Source of the DNA: Bigelowiella natans CCMP2755
Lineage: Eukaryota > Protista > Cercozoa
DNA: 60,721 bases
Reading direction: 5' to 3'
Assembly: GCA_000320545.1 (NCBI GenBank)
Contig: ADNK01003181.1
Coordinates: forward strand, 1-60,721
Under the pieces are notes generated by a model, which saw nothing but the letters and a program-made list of their open reading frames with translations, had not been told where the DNA came from and made no database searches. Every line of letters begins with the position of its first letter. The first letter of the stretch is position 1. Both the position numbers and the translations under genes were made by a program. This document shows, one piece after another, positions 1 through 13,625 of this stretch.

Positions 1-441
1 TTTGAAGAGTTGTGTTTATTTTTATTAAAGATTATATTTTTATTAAATCGTGCACTGCGTAATCATTCGCGAAGCTTTCGCGAATGCCGCCGCACGTGGG
101 GCAGCACACTTCCGGTGTGCTGCCATGAGTCCCGCCGGAACCCACGTGCCTATGCTGTATTAATATCTACGTTATCTATATTCTATATCCGCGACAACCC
201 CTTTGTTGTCGCACGTGACTTGTGCCCGCGTAGTGGTACGCGCTACAAACAGCTAAGCACACGGTGATGTAGATGATCCTGGGTTTCTGCAACATGAAAC
301 ATGCCGAAGCAGTAAAAAGGAAGAAGACATCTGCAGAGGCGCGTGTCGATGCTCTCTTTGTAGCTATTGATTTACCTTCAATAGATAGCTCGATAGCGCC
401 ATGGCCATGGGAGGCCAGGCTGGACCTCTGAAGATGTGTCA

Positions 442-774
442 TCATATAATTTCATAATAATTTTTCGGCTCTTTGTGCTTGATCCACATCGCACGACAAA
501 ATTGTTGTAAACAATTATTCGCTGAATGCAGTTCTTCGGATGACATTCCCAGGTGACCGGCACCGGTGTCCCAACGAATCTGGGGGTTCGATTTCCTCTC
601 CATTGCATGCAATTCGCAACACTTTGGCACCACTGTTGCTAGGTTGGTCGTGTTTGTTGCTGACAAGTCCTTGCAATGATGTTTGTTGAGGCTCTGCTGC
701 ATGCAAACGCCTGTCTCCCATGCGGTTTTGGCGCACAGCACGCAGGTTTGATCAATGCTTTGTTCAATGTTCAA
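442..774 (-). pseudogene. Decayed ORF-like fragment overlapping TpA-depleted island 1
   Basis: 110-aa frame rich in His/Cys/Met inside the island (KHHCK, PKCCELHAM, EELHS, IKHKE), with Tyr reappearing just outside (KNYYEII). No family recognised. Confidence 0.3.
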
Positions 775-1271
775 TGTTCAATGTCAATGCAGTGAATCAG
801 TGAATGCGTGTTGATGCTCTCTGGCTGTCTAGCTGTGCACGTGCAGCACCATTGGCGACACAGCTAGGTGCAACGACCACTGGTTGTCACGCAAAGTGCA
901 CGCTAGCACGTTGCAGCCATGCTGGCATGTGACACACAATGACGTGAAGCAGCTGTGGTGTTGTGCTTTCACAAGCATGCTGGCATGTGTTGAGAAACAA
1001 CTCGAGCACAATTGTTTCATATGAGGATCATGATGAACACAGGCGACGCTAGCAGGCACAAAATGAGTGCAGCACACGTGGAGACGCAACAACCCGCATC
1101 TGAACACATCGCACGGGTGCGTGCAAAGTCTAGCATGCCCCTTAGCCTTGAGCACCGGTTCACAACACTTGTGATCGATCTCATGGCATGTTGAAACACA
1201 AAGGAGGAATCGGGATCGCACGTCTGTACACATCTCTGGATCTCCCTATTTTCTATGCGAAATTCCTTCTT

Positions 1272-3186
1272 TTAAGAACACATGGAATTTGTAACACGCC
1301 ACTGTTGTAGTGTCACATTCTTTGCCTTGTTTTTTAGTTTTGTCCAAACACACACGTGACAGTCCTCCACTCTTTTTGCGTGAAGTACTAACCTCCTTTC
1401 GGTCTTTAGGCAGCTTTCCAATCTACTATCTCTACCCACGACCCATTTTTGGGCATCTGTACCGTTGCTTGTCCACAAATGAACACGTGTACCCCTCTCA
1501 GTGTCTTCACAACCACCGTCTACATCTAGCACAAAATTCTCATCCAGCTTACTTTTGAAGCAAGAATTTTCGTATTTCCATAATTGTGATGCGTTTCCTT
1601 CTGTTTTCTTGCCGAGGATAATTGACGCACCCTCGTCCTGATGAAAAGAAAAACATATGCATAAACTATCATTTTTGTTCAGCACAACAACGTAGAAGTG
1701 TTAGACAAATAAACACGTTATATTTGAAAAAGGGATAGTATGGTGATGGGACATATGATTATTATGAATTAAATTAGAAATAAGTAGTAATACCAGATGG
1801 CAATCTTTGATTTCTAATACAAAACCTGTCTCCTTATTCTCTATATATATCCACTCCTTCTCAGCAACTTTCTGATCTCCTTTTTCACAATTACCCCCTC
1901 CGTATTCATTGTCTTCTTCTTCGCATGCCTTTCCTCCATATTCGCCTTCTAATATATGTACAGCTCCTCTGTAACATTTCTCGTCTCCAACAATGGCTGT
2001 CGGCCATCCTTTCTCTACCAATATCTTGTCAATCATTTCGACAACTTCTGGTGCATGAGGTCGCTCTGTGAAAGGAAATAAAATCATGTAAATATTATAA
2101 TGTCGTACATCCCACATCATTTCTAGCCAAATCAGTGTCAACACCCATACCCATATTATTTCTGTATTGTTGTTCAAAGAAGATGAGGATAACACCATTG
2201 TCACCTCATCTATCATTCTACGAGAATTATTGCTAAGACTTCTACCACTACTTCTCCTCCTCCTCCTTTTACTACTACTTGTATAGTCACGGATAAGAAT
2301 CTTGCCGACAAGCGGACCGAGCAGAGTATCTTTCTCTATGCACTCCTTTATGTGTCTCATAATTGCTTTGGGAGTATTAGCAAAATCTACACCTCCAGAA
2401 CCGCAGTCCTCTCGCATGCTAATGTCAATTCCGGATATTATTTCGCTGAAAATACATCCCATCGCCCAGATGTCGTCTGCACTATTGCATTTCTTCTGTG
2501 TTCGGCGCTCTGGAGACATATAATGGATCATACCCTGAGCTATGGACACGGTCTTTACCCTCTTCATTTTCATTGTCTTTGCAAGCCCATAGTCGATGAT
2601 TTTGATTGCTTGGATGTGGCGAAGGGGCCGACCAATTGTGTCTCGCAGGATTAGGATATTGCCCATATGTAGGTCTCGATGCACCATGCCAACATTGTGC
2701 AAGGCTGATAATCCAGAAAACATTTGTCTAGCCCATATCGCAAGGTGTTTCGAGGGATGCAAGCCTTTCTTCCAAGGACCATGAGGTGCCGGGTGGATTT
2801 TCAGGATCTGATAGGAGTAGCAGAACTCGAGGATGATGTGCAATGTTTCACCGATAAGCGTTGAAATATGATAACGACAGACGTTATAATGATTAGGGAG
2901 AGCCGCAAGGTTTCGAAGCTCCTTCCGATACAGCTAAATAAACAAATCAATCATGGCGAGCAATATTATATTGGATACTTGCTACCTCTTCTTCATCCCT
3001 GAACGACCCGTCTACTGTCTTGATTGCATAAATCTTGCCATCCAAAAGGTGTCGTGCACATCGGGTAACACCCCAGCCTCCAGCTCCAAGAATCACACTC
3101 GATTTAGCATCGAAGTCTGGAGGAAGAGCTGGGAGAGACGCTACCCTTATTTTCTCTACAAGAGCTGCTGGAACTTGCTCCATCAT
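1272..3186 (-). CDS. Ser/Thr protein kinase with C-terminal ricin-type beta-trefoil lectin domain (about 4 exons)
   Basis: Kinase motifs GAGGWG, YAIK, HRDLHMGN, DYG, YMSPE, DIWAMG. C-terminal QxW repeats (SQLW, AQKW, LQQW) and FVLDV/GTRVHLW. GT-AG introns at about 2934-2985, 2068-2278 and 1638-1793. Start codon uncertain. Confidence 0.85.
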
Positions 3187-3585
3187 TGGAGTACGCCATG
3201 CACGGGACCAATATATTCCAGAAATGTTATCAGTTTTCCCATTACGACATCAAAATGTGCGCAGTTTTTCTTGGAAAATTGGGTGATAATTACCGGTATA
3301 ATTTTATTAGAATTGGATGTGATTTTCTCCTGAAGACAAAGAATTCTGGAAGTCGTTGTCGTAATATCGGGATACATATCCGTCGCTCGTCGACTTCCCA
3401 CCGAGCAAGCAAGCAACATTCTTCATACGAGTACGCCTTTGGTGTGAGAGTGGGTATGCAGCTCATGAAGACAGTGGGAAGCCGTTGATCTACTGTGCGA
3501 TACCTTACGTCGTTCGACCAGAAAGGTTGGGTCCTCAAAAAAGCGTCTTGGTTAACTGAGGAGCGTAGACAACACGATATCAGAG

Positions 3586-4284
3586 ATGCGAGGGGAGGTC
3601 ATGAAAGAAGAAAAAGAAGACGGGGAAAATGAGAACTCCCACAACAAATCAATCCAACTTAGCCGGAAGAAGGCTAAGAGACTGGTAATCCTTTTTTAAA
3701 AATTACAAATCGAGCTTCTCCCACCGTATTATGCCTTCAATTAGGCTGCAAAAGCTGCGTATAAAGAAAGGCGAAAAGCACGGAGACTTAATGCAGGTAT
3801 ACGGCAAATGATAGATTGGCGGTACATAAACCTCACTGTCTTGTTTCTATTTTCTTCGTGTTGATTGCTCCAATAAATTCTTGGAAAGGGAGCGGGCGCA
3901 GCAAAGTCTTCGAGGTGGTGGCCAGGAATACTAATCAATCAGTATATCCACGCAACCGCACGATAATAAAATCATCTTGGCTTGGTCACAATGTGTGTTT
4001 AGGCGGACGGCTTAGAAAATGTGCAATATTTTATCCACGGGAACCTTCGCCACACCAAACCATACATGTACGCTGGAGATAATGAATATCGTCTGCACGT
4101 ATGCGACCGCTCGAGTGTGTGCGTGCGTGCGTGTGTGTGATGGGGGTAGGGGGAAAAGATAGAATGGAAATTTTGACATTTATAATACTCAATAATTATG
4201 CTTGCTCCCCATCTTACAAGGTTTGATTATGTTGCTCGCACAAAAGCACGATGGTTCGGAAGAGGAATCTTGGAGGTCGTAGCA

Positions 4285-4317
<33 letters not shown>

Positions 4318-4635
4318 AAGAAGAAGAAAAAGAAGGAGGATTACCATGTGCATCTAAATTGTAGCCGTATTATTCGTCCTTGTTTTAAGTTTATATGTTC
4401 GTGTCAGTGTGAGGGGCATATAGAAGTGCCAATCTTCTTCTTCTTCCTCCTCCTCCTCTTCTTCTTCCTCTGCGTCTCAGGAGATTTTAGTTTGATCTAC
4501 ACTGCTGGTGTTGTTCCTATAATGTAGGTTTACTCTGCTGAATTCGTTGCTTACAGTAAGGTAAGGAGCTTGTTGATTGGCAGCGCCCGAGATGACTTTA
4601 TTGCACAGAAGAAGAAACAAGAACAGTAACAATCG

Positions 4636-4671
<36 letters not shown>

Positions 4672-5276
4672 TGCATGCTTCAGTCTTCCATTTTAATTTT
4701 TAGGAGTATTATAAGAAGGCTATAGAAAGCGGACGTATAACCGTCAATGGAACCACGGTGTCTCACTAAGTGATTACCTATACTTGTTGCTGTATATTGT
4801 AATGAGGGAAATTGCTCCTTATTCTTCTTCTTCTCCTTCTTCTTCTTCTTCCTCTTCCATTAACATACGTCGTACACCTGCTCAGGTATCCACTGACTAC
4901 AAGCTCAAAGATGGCGACAAGATCAAGCATTCTGTACATCGACATGAACCACCGGTTGGTAGTGTTATAGTCGTAATAGCAGCAGCATGGAAGTGTTTGG
5001 GCGAAGGAGGAGGAGGAGGAGAGGAAATCGTATTGTATTTATCTCTGTTCCTGCTGATACAACATCTCATATCGTCATTATACGATCACAACTTCCACGA
5101 TTGTGCTTCATTTATAAGCATTTTTGTCCTCTTTGAAGGTTAGTGCGGACCCTGTGGTGGTGCATTTTGAGGACGATGAAACTGTTGTCGTATCAAAACC
5201 CTCTGGCCTTCCCATGCACCCTTGTGGACAATATCGTAATAGATGTACATATGTATATAAGTATATATGTATATAA

Positions 5277-5338
<62 letters not shown>

Positions 5339-7682
5339 GAGGGGGGGGGGGGGGGGGGAATAAATTATGGGAAATATACAGCGATGAAGGAGACGGGGAA
5401 AATAACGTCGTCAATTTTTGCTTAAATTTTCTAATCGTTTCTGCCTAATAACCTTCTTCCTCTTCTTCTTCTTTCTCTTTAATTCCCTTGGTTGTTTCTT
5501 ATTTGTTGTTCATCGAAGCATGGATGATTTTATATCATCGTTGCTGCTGCTAGTGCTGGTGCGTTTGTGAGAAATTTTATGGCTGAACAACACGAATAAG
5601 TTGCCTTTATGCAGGCCATAATTCACTGACATATATCCTCGCAAAGCAAAGAAACGACATCTTGCACCAGGTAGGTAAATCAGTAGCAGCACATCAGAGT
5701 AAAGTTGGTTGTGTGCTACTTTTTTCTCTACTCTCCCCTTGCTTCATATATAATCGTATAGCCAAATGCTATTGCGGCTCAAGCGAACACCAAATTGAGC
5801 AAAAATAGTAACACGGTGTGCTTATACTAATGCACGTACGCACACATTGATTTACATAGTGCTTACTTCCAATCTTCTTCCTTGCTCCTCCTCCTCCTCC
5901 TCCTCCTCCTCCTCCTCCTCTTCCTCTTCCGTGCTGGTGTTGCGTGATTGTTTCAGGTCCACAGGTTAGATAGGCTGACCTCTGGCCTGGTATGATGACC
6001 TTAATGATGATCATGATCATGATGTGTATGTGACGACGATGACGACGAAGACATTTCAGAATAGTATATTACCTGGTGATTGATGGATTCATTCATCCTC
6101 AGGTGGTGATGGCAAAGACCGCTGATCGTGCCGCGTCTCTGTCCAAACAAATCCGTTTAAATCAGGTAATAGCAATAATTCATCATGTTGGGGGAGAGTA
6201 AAGATAGGAATACGGGTTAAGACGAGGGGGGGGGATGTAGGAGATGAGAACATATCAAAACAGTATTAGTGTAGTAATGTTGGTAGCCGGCCCACCAGTT
6301 CAATGTAACAGCAGCTGCAGCAAATTTCCTTCACCTTTTAACATAGTCTTATATCACAGGCATTTTCTTCTCATTCTTGTGCGCAGTTGTCTTCTCCAAT
6401 CATCATCACAAGCAGCAGCAGCGGCAGCATCATGGAAAAACTAATAAAGAACGTGTTGTTTATATATATGAAAGGTGCAGAAGACGTACTTAGCACGTGT
6501 AAGAGGAAGGTTTCCAACAGGCCCAGAGGCCTTCAAGGTGCCATTCCTGCTGCTACTTATAGCTGCGAGTTTCTCCTACTCTATCGTTGATTATTGCATA
6601 TTTGGGAAGATGGTTTATGATCGTTTATGATTGTGTTTTTCCTCTGTCTTCTTTTGCTTCTCCTCCTTCTCCTCTTGCTGCTGCTGCTGCTGCTGCTACT
6701 TCTCTCATCAGGATCGACTACAAGAAGATAGTAGTATGATTACTTGTCATACGGGGAAAGAGGAAGAAGGAAAAACGACTACAGCTTCCTCTTCATCATT
6801 TTACCCTCCCTCCTCCTCCTCCTCCCCTCCTCTCCCCTCTTTACCACCAAAGACCACACTGATCACCGTGAGCGCACCGATAGCATGTGCGGATAAACGA
6901 GTAGGGAAGCAAGTGTGTGGGGAGAGAGCTGTTGCAATCCATAAGGCCGACATTGCCAAAAGAAAGGGTCAAATAGAGCTCAAACGGGTAGTAGTACACC
7001 CTCAAGAAGCAGCCTCAGCTAAAAATAAAGACAGGAGGAGTGTGAGCATGAAACCTCACTAACGTAACTTTATAATGCTGGCCTTTCTTCCTTCTCGTGG
7101 TGATGGTGGGTGGGATGACGAGCCACCGATGGCGGTGACGATGATTAAACGTTGTTTATATGCTGTGGTGGTAGGAGCAGTGGGAGAAGACTCTCAAACA
7201 TGCACAGACGACCTTTAGATTGGTAATTGTCTTAGTGCTGTATTGCTTGCTCTGTCGTAATTCTGCTTGGCCTGCTCCTCTTGCTGCAACCTCGTGAAAC
7301 CATGATCAGGCGTCTATTGTCATAATAATAATAATTATTATAATTATTATTATTATTGTTGTTGTTGTTGTTGTTGTTGTTAGCTCTCATACGATGGTAC
7401 GACAAGCCTGATTGAGTGTAAGCCGAAGACTGGCAGGACACATCAAGTATCTAGATTTTACTCTGTTTCATCATTTCCTTTCATCTTGTCGCTGTTGTGG
7501 TTAGGATATCCTTGCAATTATTCTTACGTTCGGTTTTTGTCCTTGTAGCTGTAGTTGTGAGGCCGTATGTCAGCATCACCATAACTATCATCATAAACAT
7601 CATCATCATTATCATCATTATCACAGATTCGAGTGCATCTTGAGTGGCTTGGCTACCCAATAGCGAATGACCCTTGTTACGG

Positions 7683-7716
<34 letters not shown>

Positions 7717-8484
7717 AAGAAGAAGAAGAAGAAGAAGCAGTAGTAGTAGCAAGTGGTGGTCAATTTTCATTCGTTGGGAATACTAGGCATCATCATCCTT
7801 ACCACGCTTCTCCAATATGACATTAAGGGGACAGCTATTTGAGTCTAATTCATATCCTCCGTACGGGGGCCTTCACACTCGCGATAAGAGAGATGAGGAC
7901 CAGAAAGAAGAAGGCAGCTCCAAGAAAGTGAACGACACTTGTGAGGGTGACGAGAAGAGTGTTGTTTCTCTGGACATTGAGCAATTTAGGCAAAATCATA
8001 CGGATTCACAGAAAATATGCTTTCAATGCCGGGTAGTAGGAATACCAATAGTATTCTATCTACATGATGAACCTGTGTGAGAAATAGATTATGCATTTGA
8101 CGTGTTTCCTTTTAGGAGGGAAGTTATTGGACGGACTCCCGGCGTCGATGCTCGCACATATGGCTTCATGCGCTCAAATATGAAGGTGCAACTACCGTAA
8201 TCACGAAAGTCGTTGCATGCTGCAGCAGGCTACTGCGTTTACGATGAACGTGTATGATCCCTTTTTTTCTTCTCTCTTTAAGTGCTTTGCTCTCTAACAC
8301 CTTTTACTATCTTAACACCACCATTTTTATGGTATTAGGGAGAGAATTGATCGTTAATATACCACATTATTAACTTTTACTTTCTTCTGCAGTACATGTA
8401 TATCTCTTCACATCGTTCTCTCCTTGTTCGTTCTCAGGTGATAACGGGTGGGTATATGAGGTCCCAGTCCCTTCATGGGCAAAG
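3586..8484 (+). CDS. RluA-family RNA pseudouridine synthase (RIB2/PUS9/RPUSD2-like), about 19 short exons
   Basis: Spliced exons give YYKKAIESGRITVNG, HRHEPP, KPSGLPMHPCG, catalytic VHRLDRLTSG, KTYLARVRG, KTGRTHQIRVHL, GYPIANDPCY, IWLHALKY, PSWAK. The terminal exon/stop is uncertain (read-through stop would be at about 8619). Confidence 0.9.
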
Positions 8485-9650
8485 GTAGCAGTAGTAGCAC
8501 TTATTTATTTATATTCGAAGCATTTGGTAAATTATGTTGTGTGTTATCATCGCCGTGTTGTTAGGCATGCACACACGCACTACATATTTAAAAGTTTTCA
8601 ATATTATTGCTTGCCTTGAAGCCATTTGCACTGCATTCGCATATCTAGATATTTGTATCTGGCAAAAAGTTGGAAAACATTCAATCATGTTCTTATGGTA
8701 GGAAACATTTGATTCAAGAAATGCCTGCAGTAAAGTCCTCCCGTTTCGGCAGCATGACGCATGATACAGTACGACAGTCCATGTCACTTTTCTGTCAGCT
8801 TGTCTGGAGATATAAGTATTTTCAACTCCCGTGCACGGATGCATCTAGTAAAGGAAAAAGACAGCAGATTAGATATTCTTCTTCCAGCTCGTATCGGTAT
8901 CAGTTGATTGCATTATGCTCTCAATGATAGCAACTAGAGTAGGTGTTTTACAGCAGTGTGGATGCATTGGATGATGTTCATGGTTGCCCGAACTGAACGC
9001 CTAATAAGTTAGTTACGCATAGAACGGTTTATGTGACGGTTGTAATGTTAATTTTTTTCAATTGTCATCTTAACGCATGACAGATTTCTTGATTGCAAAA
9101 CTGAGGTAAACATGCAGCTGTTATTTTCTTGAACCGTTGCTCATCTCTAGATCTGCATGGAACATGAACACACACACACACACACACACACATGCGTACA
9201 TAGGCAGCGACCTCAATATCTCTAGATCTAGCTAGCTAGCTAGCGAGCAAAGTTTTGCACACAGCTAGCTAGCTAGACAGTGCCACACTAGCAAGCTAGC
9301 AAGCACTACGTACCAGACTAGACTAGTAGAACAAAGCCTCGCGTGTATCGGAATATTTCAACTCCATGCACTCATACACTTAGCATACACCTAGATGCGC
9401 ACATTGCGGTACATCTAGACGTGCTATGCCCTTGCGTGGATTAGCCGTGATCCAGTGATCGCCACATGCATGAAGCGCACCAGCTAGCCAGTGATGTTGG
9501 TCTATGCTAGAATGGCTATATGGTGTAGCGCAACACAGTTAGGGCTAGAGTGGCTGACATGACTTATACTGGACGCGTGCACATGGTATGGAACCTATTC
9601 CTTCCTTCATGCGGTACATCGAATTTGGGCTCGTGTGCACAACGTGTAGA

Positions 9651-9683
<33 letters not shown>

Positions 9684-10006
9684 TCATGCATGGATAGCGT
9701 ATTGCCTCTTTAATTTTCTAGCTTGCTACCTTTTGAAATGGGCAAAACATGGTATGTGGCATGGAGAGGAGAGAATAAGATAGAGGGGGAGAGGGGAAAA
9801 GGGTAATAATATATCCGCTCTGTTTTGGCAGATATGACTATCGGGCCTACAGTTTACCATTATATAAACAAAAATACGCATAAAATATTTTTAATATGGG
9901 ATTATTCAGTCGCAATATACTTAATCCCTGAGTCAAATACCCCCCCCTCTCACACATACCCTTCTAAATTCGTCGTTTTTCAATTCCTGATTCATTTCGA
10001 GACGAA

Positions 10007-10753
10007 TCAGTGGCACTCCCATATCTTCAGGAGATTATCAACGCCCCCGCTCGCTAGCATGGGCCTCGCCATGTTGTAGTCAATAGATGTTACGAACGGA
10101 TCGTGGCAGTCCTCTAGTATCTTCTTGCATCTAAACTGCTTTTCTAAGTCCCACACGCGAATTGTCTTGTCATCCGCACAGGAGATAAGGTACTTTCCAG
10201 AGGGGTGGAAGATCACCGAGCGCACCCAATTCTCATGCCCGGAGATATCAGCTACCAACACACCACTAGAGATGTGGAAGATCTTTATCGTTTTGTCGCG
10301 GGAAGCAGATGCTAAGAACTGAGGGCTATATACTCTCCTCGACTCCCCGCCATTTGTTGTCCCACTACTGCCGTTAAAGGCACTACTGCTACCACCACCT
10401 GCAAGAGTAGTATTATATTATTATTAACAACGTATAAGAACAGTCACATCATCCTCGTTGCTACACACTCCATAATCATCATAATATCATCATCGTCGTC
10501 ATAATATTTTCTCTATTCCAACATTACGACCATTTCTTTGCTGTGGTGATGAGCTGTCAGTCTTAGCTTCTTCCTTGGGCTGCTTGTCGCTTTTCTTGCT
10601 TTCCCCATTACTACTATTGCTATCAGCAGTTTTAGCATTGCTGCCACTCAAATCTTCCTTGCTAACGTACCTGCACATGCACGTAACAATCACCAATTTT
10701 ACCATTAGAGAAGGGAGAAGAAGGGAAAATGGCCATTAACAGACGAAACTCCA

Positions 10754-10823
<70 letters not shown>

Positions 10824-11163
10824 AATATCGAGATTGTTTTGTTGCAATTACTTGAGCAGGATTTGGTCTGCCTTTTCGTGCGAGAAGCAGATGTGATCCA
10901 CCACATGTTTATGGTCCCTGATTTGGCCGGGGTGGTGGTGGTTGGGTGATGATGGTGATAATGACGATGACGATGATAAATGTTGATGATGGAGTAATAT
11001 GATCTCAAGAGCTGCTGTGCTGCCCATCTACTCACAAACTCATTGATGAATGTACCTGAAAGTGATGACCTCCTCCCCTTTCTTATAGTCCCAGATTCGA
11101 ACGCTCTATCAATTGCAGTATTGTACATTCATTAATTACAACGACGAGTTGTACTTTACTTTA

Positions 11164-11210
<47 letters not shown>

Positions 11211-11371
11211 CAAGTACAATGCACCCGCTACCTTCCCGTCTCAATTTAATTTGATCTTCTATTACGGTTATTTTACTCTTGGGTTTTCCCAGTACTATCA
11301 TCTATCTATTTATCAACCTATTTGCCGATTATTGATATATTTATTCCGGTCTTTATCATTGGTATTATTAC

Positions 11372-11402
<31 letters not shown>

Positions 11403-11687
11403 GTCGATTATTGATGTATTTATTCCGGTGTTTACTTATTTATTTATTCTATTGTTACATGATCGATGGAGCAAGATGCGAAGAGCTGGCTGCACGGAGA
11501 GACTTTTACTTGTCTAACCCAGTCAGAATGACCCTCTATTGTTCGCAGACAGTACCTTGAAATTGTTGCCGATGGTGGAGAATCGTTTGAAGAATATGAG
11601 GGAGAGATGGGGGGGGACGGGGGGAGAACGAAGGATGTTGGAGGAGGAGGAAGGAGGGATACGATGTTGTGAAGTCCATACAAACAC

Positions 11688-11740
<53 letters not shown>

Positions 11741-12022
11741 AACACACGACGATGACGACAACGATCATCTATGGCTGTACCCTGATTGCACATCCCAGAA
11801 TTTAATCGTTTTGTCCCGTGAGCATGACACTAAATGATCGCCAGCTGGGGTAAACCTGATGATGATGAAAAATGATATGATCACACGTCATTTATCATAT
11901 GCAGCACATAATACCACTTGGATCAAAGTTTTGCCATTGAAAAAGCGGGCTGCTGCCAAACCCCCCTTCCCGCGCCGCGCCCCGCCCCTCCCCACAATAA
12001 ATCAGATATTTAGTATTGTAGT

Positions 12023-12065
<43 letters not shown>

Positions 12066-13294
12066 CTATCGTTGGGTTTACTCGACACAAGAAACGGTAT
12101 GATCGTGGCCTCGCATTGTCTTGATGCACGTGCCAGCCTCGATGTTCCACACTTTGATGGCCAGGTCTGCTGAGCATGATACTGTAGAAAAATATAATCA
12201 CATATATATGGTTAAAAACAGATTATTATGAGGATGGTACGACAAGACGCCACCACGGCAGAGACAACTATCGTTTCCTCTGTCGTTATTACCAAACTGC
12301 TTTCCGTCTTGGTTGAAAGACACATGTTGCACCACATCGATGTGGCCCTTGAGAGTCTTCTCGAGAGAGCCTTCTTCGGAGTCCCATACTTTGATTGTGC
12401 AATCTTCCGATGAAGATACAACCTGTTAATCATACATGTCAAGAACCAATTTCAAGAGGCAGACACCGTACGCACGAAATGAGAAACGTCAATTTCAAAT
12501 CCAGCAGCAACAACAACAAACGATTGATGATACACAAATTCAAGGAGTTAGAAGAAACCTGGCTGTATACTGGATGGAAAGCCACGCAGGTAATGGGTTG
12601 TTTGTGGCCGGCGCAGATGTGTTTTGCTGGTCCCCTCGGGAGCACTAGAGCTGGGTTTCGAACCTTACCACGCCCAAAGTTCTTTAAGTCTTCCCTCAGC
12701 TGTTCTACTTCGCCCTCGAGCCTCAAGATCTGATTGGACAAAGAAAGTGTATCAGGATGATGATGATGATGAGGAGGATGATGAAGGTGCGGCATTCGTA
12801 AGAAAAAGAGGACCTTGGCTGAAAGCTTTGTGACGGCTGTCCACTTTCGTTCTAAGTTTCCCTCGAATTTCTTCTCATATTTGATGCCCATCTGGGCCTC
12901 AAGCTCGCTCACAGCCGAGTCAAATCCATTCTTCTTGAGATACCCGATAATCGCCTTGTTCCTGGGGCGTGCGTGCATCATATAATATTATGATAAAGAC
13001 CACCAACGTAAGATGTATCAACGAGCTTAAAATATTCGATCCAAAAACAACCGATTGAGTGTTCTTTGAGTTGAATGCACGCTCTCTCTCTCTCTCTCTC
13101 TCGCGACTTTCTAAGGCAGACAAACTCGTGTAGGTGATGTGAATGCAAGCTAACGAAGGACGACAAAGTAATGCGACAAACGACTATCCCTCCTCGCCTC
13201 ATCGTAGTCTCCCTTTGCATAGGCAAGTAACATGAAGGATTGGGATATGGAAGCCCTACAGCTCTGCCTGCCTCCGCTTCGTGAGGGCCGCCAT
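10007..13294 (-). CDS. LIS1: Lissencephaly-1 homologue (LisH + coiled coil + WD40 repeats)
   Basis: [20 protein letters not shown]...[84 protein letters not shown]. Confidence 0.95.
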
Positions 13295-13625
13295 TTTGGG
13301 TTATGTGAGTCCTGGTTTGTTCCGCTACAGGCTGTTGTTGAATAAGAGATGTTGATATTTGTTGTCGTAGTTCCTAATTAGCCTGCATATTCTTTCAAGT
13401 GTAAAAATAAGATCCGAAACTAGATTCCCTTGCCTCGAGTTGTGCGAAGATTTGCGTTGAAGTCTGCATTCTTAGTCGAATGTAGGCTTCAAATCTCCTG
13501 GATTTTGTTCGTTTGTACAGTATCCATCCGAAATGCCACCAGCACTTACTGCTAACAAATTACCACGAGCGACCGGCTTGATGATGCAGTTAGTTCAACA
13601 AAGTTTCATTCATTTTCAAATCCTT

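Noticed and set aside
520-1225. Classical CpG methylation decay or fungal RIP as the cause of the islands
   Set aside because: CpG remains frequent and TpA is depleted rather than enriched, the opposite of RIP.
829-1233. His/Cys-rich ORFs here and at 14129-14637 and 54166-54513 as metal-binding proteins
   Set aside because: TA loss removes TAA/TAG stops and inflates CA/TG codons, so these ORFs are compositional by-products.
3290-3538. Upstream ORF as an extra kinase exon
   Set aside because: No ATG and no convincing in-phase splice; it lies in the kinase/RluA divergent gap.
5193-5414. [12 protein letters not shown]-type ORFs here and elsewhere
   Set aside because: Translations of intronic microsatellites.
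9168-9192. (CA)n tracts as converted (TA)n tracts
   Set aside because: A two-strand process would give mixed CA/TG; pure (CA)n is explained by slippage.
10849-11110. LIS1 apparently missing a WD repeat
   Set aside because: Other reading frames supply [10 protein letters not shown] and [12 protein letters not shown], so the repeat is present.
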